Assembly (NCBI GenBank): GCA_965235115.1 | Contig: OZ249436.1 | Location: 33,420,001-33,484,000, forward strand | Origin: Laetmonice hystrix | Lineage: Eukaryota | Length of the DNA stretch: 64,000 nt | Direction: 5' to 3' | Shown: piece after piece, positions 61,501 through 64,000 of the stretch | Position numbering within the stretch: position 1 is the first letter of the stretch | Layout of the letters: the number at the start of each line of letters is the position of its first letter | Notes under the pieces: model-generated | Databases searched by the model: none | What the model was told of the DNA's origin: nothing | The model's input: the letters and a program-made list of their open reading frames with translations, nothing else | Program-made: the position numbers and the translations under genes

Positions 61501-62144
61501 ATACATGACTTCCTATTCGTGTTCAATAGTAACTATGGCCCTATCTGGCACCGTTTCTTAGTTATAGCCATATATATCTATATTGACCTCTGTTCAAATC
61601 TTTCAGGTCACGTGACTCAACGAATATAGGTCAAATCAATTGTAGCGAAGCGGATTCCTTTGAAGCTCTCGTTAGAGACCATCCCTGTGCAATTTCATGA
61701 AATTTTAATGAAAATTGAGGAAGAAGATAGGATTTAAGCATTTTCTGACCTTCGACCTAGCTTTTAGACATGTCAAAGGTTAAAGGTCAAAATTTTTGAA
61801 AAAAATCAATTAGGTCCTTGCCCAATTTAGACTGTGTCATCAGTTCCTCAAAAGTATCAATAGTGACCTTGAAAGCCGTCCTAATATTCAGAACACGAAT
61901 GACGTCATGACGTCATGACGTTACGTCGTGTGACGTCATGACTCATTGTCAGATCAGAGTTGGTGACTATCAACATGTCCACCAAGTTTGACTTAGATAT
62001 CTTGAAAAATGGCCGAGATACACGACCCCTGTTTACTACTACTACTACTACTACTACTACTACGCCGCAAATAATAATAATAATAATACAGAAACCGAAA
62101 CCAGACAATTTCTAGATCCCATCCCCTGGATAGGGGATGGGATA
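58561..62144 (-). mobile_element. Non-autonomous Helentron-type element (inner) carrying a satellite array
   Basis: SubTIR GATCCCATCCCC at 58590 and 62115, with inverted GGGGATGGGAT at 62133-62143. Hairpin TTGTGG-CGATA-CCACAA at 58571-58587 next to ACTAG; (TAC)n/(TAA)n microsatellite at 62034-62088; inserted in the outer element's (TAA)n. Confidence 0.8.
58640..61570. repeat. 146-bp satellite, ~20 copies, TGACGTCA-rich
   Basis: GACTTCCTATTCG at 60051, 60197 and 60343 (period 146); many units contain TGATGACGTCATTATGACGTCATACGTCAC. Confidence 0.93.
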
Positions 62145-64000
62145 ATAATAATAATAATAATAATAGTGTAGACGAAACCATACAAAATCAAAATCCCATT
62201 TCCCCGTCAGGGAAATGGGATAAAAAAGTGTGGTCTTATTGCCGAAGTAATGTGGCAGTAAGGGGTAGGGGGTTAGACTGCATTATTGCCAAAGTCGAGC
62301 CTGCTGTCGCAGCAAGGGACATGGATGGCGAAGTGAGGGAGTTACTTGAGGAGCGAGAATAGGGAGTGTGCGCCACTAGGTGGCGCGACCGTTATCGGTT
62401 TCCAGTCAGGTGCGGTCCCTGGCAGTCAAGCCAAGGGTGGCGCTTTCTGCCCAAGTGTACCACTTAAGAACATCTAGGTTTTTCCCATTAGAGACAAGGC
62501 AACACTTGAAAGACACTTGCCTTGGCATAAAATAATTAAAATCCGAGCCCAGAAGACACAGAATGCAGGATAAAACCGTGACAGTTGGCGATGAAACAGA
62601 CTGCATGCTCAGGCACCCGCACCGTTCATCATCGGAGACTTACTGAGGTGCCGAACAGCGCCGACAGTGAGGGGCGTCTCATGCCCATCGTCGTCGCAGG
62701 TCCCCTGGCTTAATTAACCCTAAACTGTAGCAGAGACGACTCAGCTTCAGCTTCACTCATTGTGTTTGTGCGATAGGCTAGCCAAGGCGGCAGGCCCAAG
62801 CCAGCCCAAACGTTGATCTGCTATTTAGACGTCATTTCAGAACTGACGTCTATAAATAGCACATCAACCGTTACTTGTTAGGATGGCCAGCCTGTCGCAC
62901 AATGCTGAAGAACGAGACTAGCTTTAATATAGCTATAGGGTAGGCTAATCCAAAGCATAGACAACCCGCCGAGCAAGTTCATGTTTACATGTTTCCTCTG
63001 GGGGCCGCGCATATGCAAATTTGGTCCAATCACAATCGTAAGACTCGGTCATGTGGTGCATTAATCTTGGCTTGACGGCGAGGCAGGCACGACACGGGCG
63101 TGCTGGTCCAGTAGGGCAATCTATTCTAGGCCTAGGCCCTTGATGTATTAAAATTAACTAAAGTTTCATCTTCATTGGCAATTTAATATTCTATATTGTC
63201 CGACTCAGGGATTCAATCTTGCTCAACTCCACTCTCAAGCCAGAGTCAGGAGGCATGACTGCCCAAGCCGCAAACGACAATCCGACATGTCTAATGTCGA
63301 TCTACTCAAAGCCAAAGGTCTATAGGTTATAGCGGTTTTTTTTTAAATAGTGTAGACCTGTGTAGTCACAGAGATGTTGGAATTATGTAAGGGCAACATG
63401 TTTTACCCAACTTGGGGGGTACACTGTCGAAAGCGTGTTAAAAAATTATGATCTTGGTTGCTTCCCCGTTCACACTCAGTGGCAGGCTCCGCAACCAGAA
63501 ACCGATATTTAACGCGCCAAAGTTCTTCATCCACATGCGCCTTAGTTCCTGACAAAGATACTGACAAGGTACTTTGATACGGTCTTCTGCACAATCGTGT
63601 GGCTTTATAGTGCGGACACAGTACTTTGGAACATGCATCAACCCCAAACTGACCGTACATGTTTCTTGCTTCCAAAGTACTTTGGCAGGATCAGGCAAAA
63701 AGCAGTTTGTAAGCCAGTCGCCCATTGGTACTTTGGCAACAATTACCCTGGCTTGTTGCTGCCAAAGTACAAATACTGTGTTTTGATTGGTACTTTGGCA
63801 ATAGCCTTTTGGTGGTCTTCCACCCAAAGAACTTTGGCAGCAGTCATTGCCATTGTTAAATGATATGATTTTTGTTTTTGGATGCCACAGACTTTGATTA
63901 TTGTCGACCTTTGATGACCAGATGAAATATTTAGATTTGAACACATAAAATATTTTCTAAGATAGTGGGAACACATTGTGTGTTTGGTATCTGATAGCAC

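Larger units (their letters stand above)
57136..62222 (-). mobile_element. Non-autonomous Helentron-type element (HINE/DINE-1-like), outer
   Basis: SubTIR ATCCCATTTCC at ~57167 and ~62193, with an inverted copy GGAAATGGGAT at 62211-62221. Short hairpin ATTGC-TT-GCAAT and CTAG at the left end; (TAA)n microsatellite; A-run flanks and no TSD. Confidence 0.75.

Noticed and set aside
63403..63944. Minus-strand ORFs with a superficial BEN-domain look
   Set aside because: The region is built from recurring CCAAAGTACTTTGG motifs and has stops in the relevant frame.

Overview
Animal genomic DNA with spliceosomal introns, probably from a marine invertebrate (inferred from the repeat types). I traced five host genes by hand, in alternating orientation: the 3' part of an SDR42E1-like dehydrogenase (+), MFSD11 (-), SRSF2 (+), TEDC2 (-) and the first two exons of a SAP-domain SAFB/SLTM-type gene (+). 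MFSD11/SRSF2 and TEDC2/SAFB are tight head-to-head pairs, with 376 bp and 76 bp between start codons. The introns are rich in mobile DNA. There is an apparently intact 5-kb Mutator-like element encoding a PHD-FLYWCH-MULE transposase (8-bp TSD, own TATA and polyA), and two nested non-autonomous elements with similar ends. Other elements include CAGGG-ended MITEs with 5-bp TSDs, a TTAA foldback element, and one Helentron-type element nested in another, carrying a 146-bp TGACGTCA-rich satellite and two tRNA-like cassettes. Splicing oddities include tandemly amplified donor and acceptor junctions in SDR42E1, and a U12-type intron plus two GC-AG introns in TEDC2. Gene names rest on recalled similarity to human proteins, not on database searches. 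I found no convincing CRISPR or prokaryote-type system.
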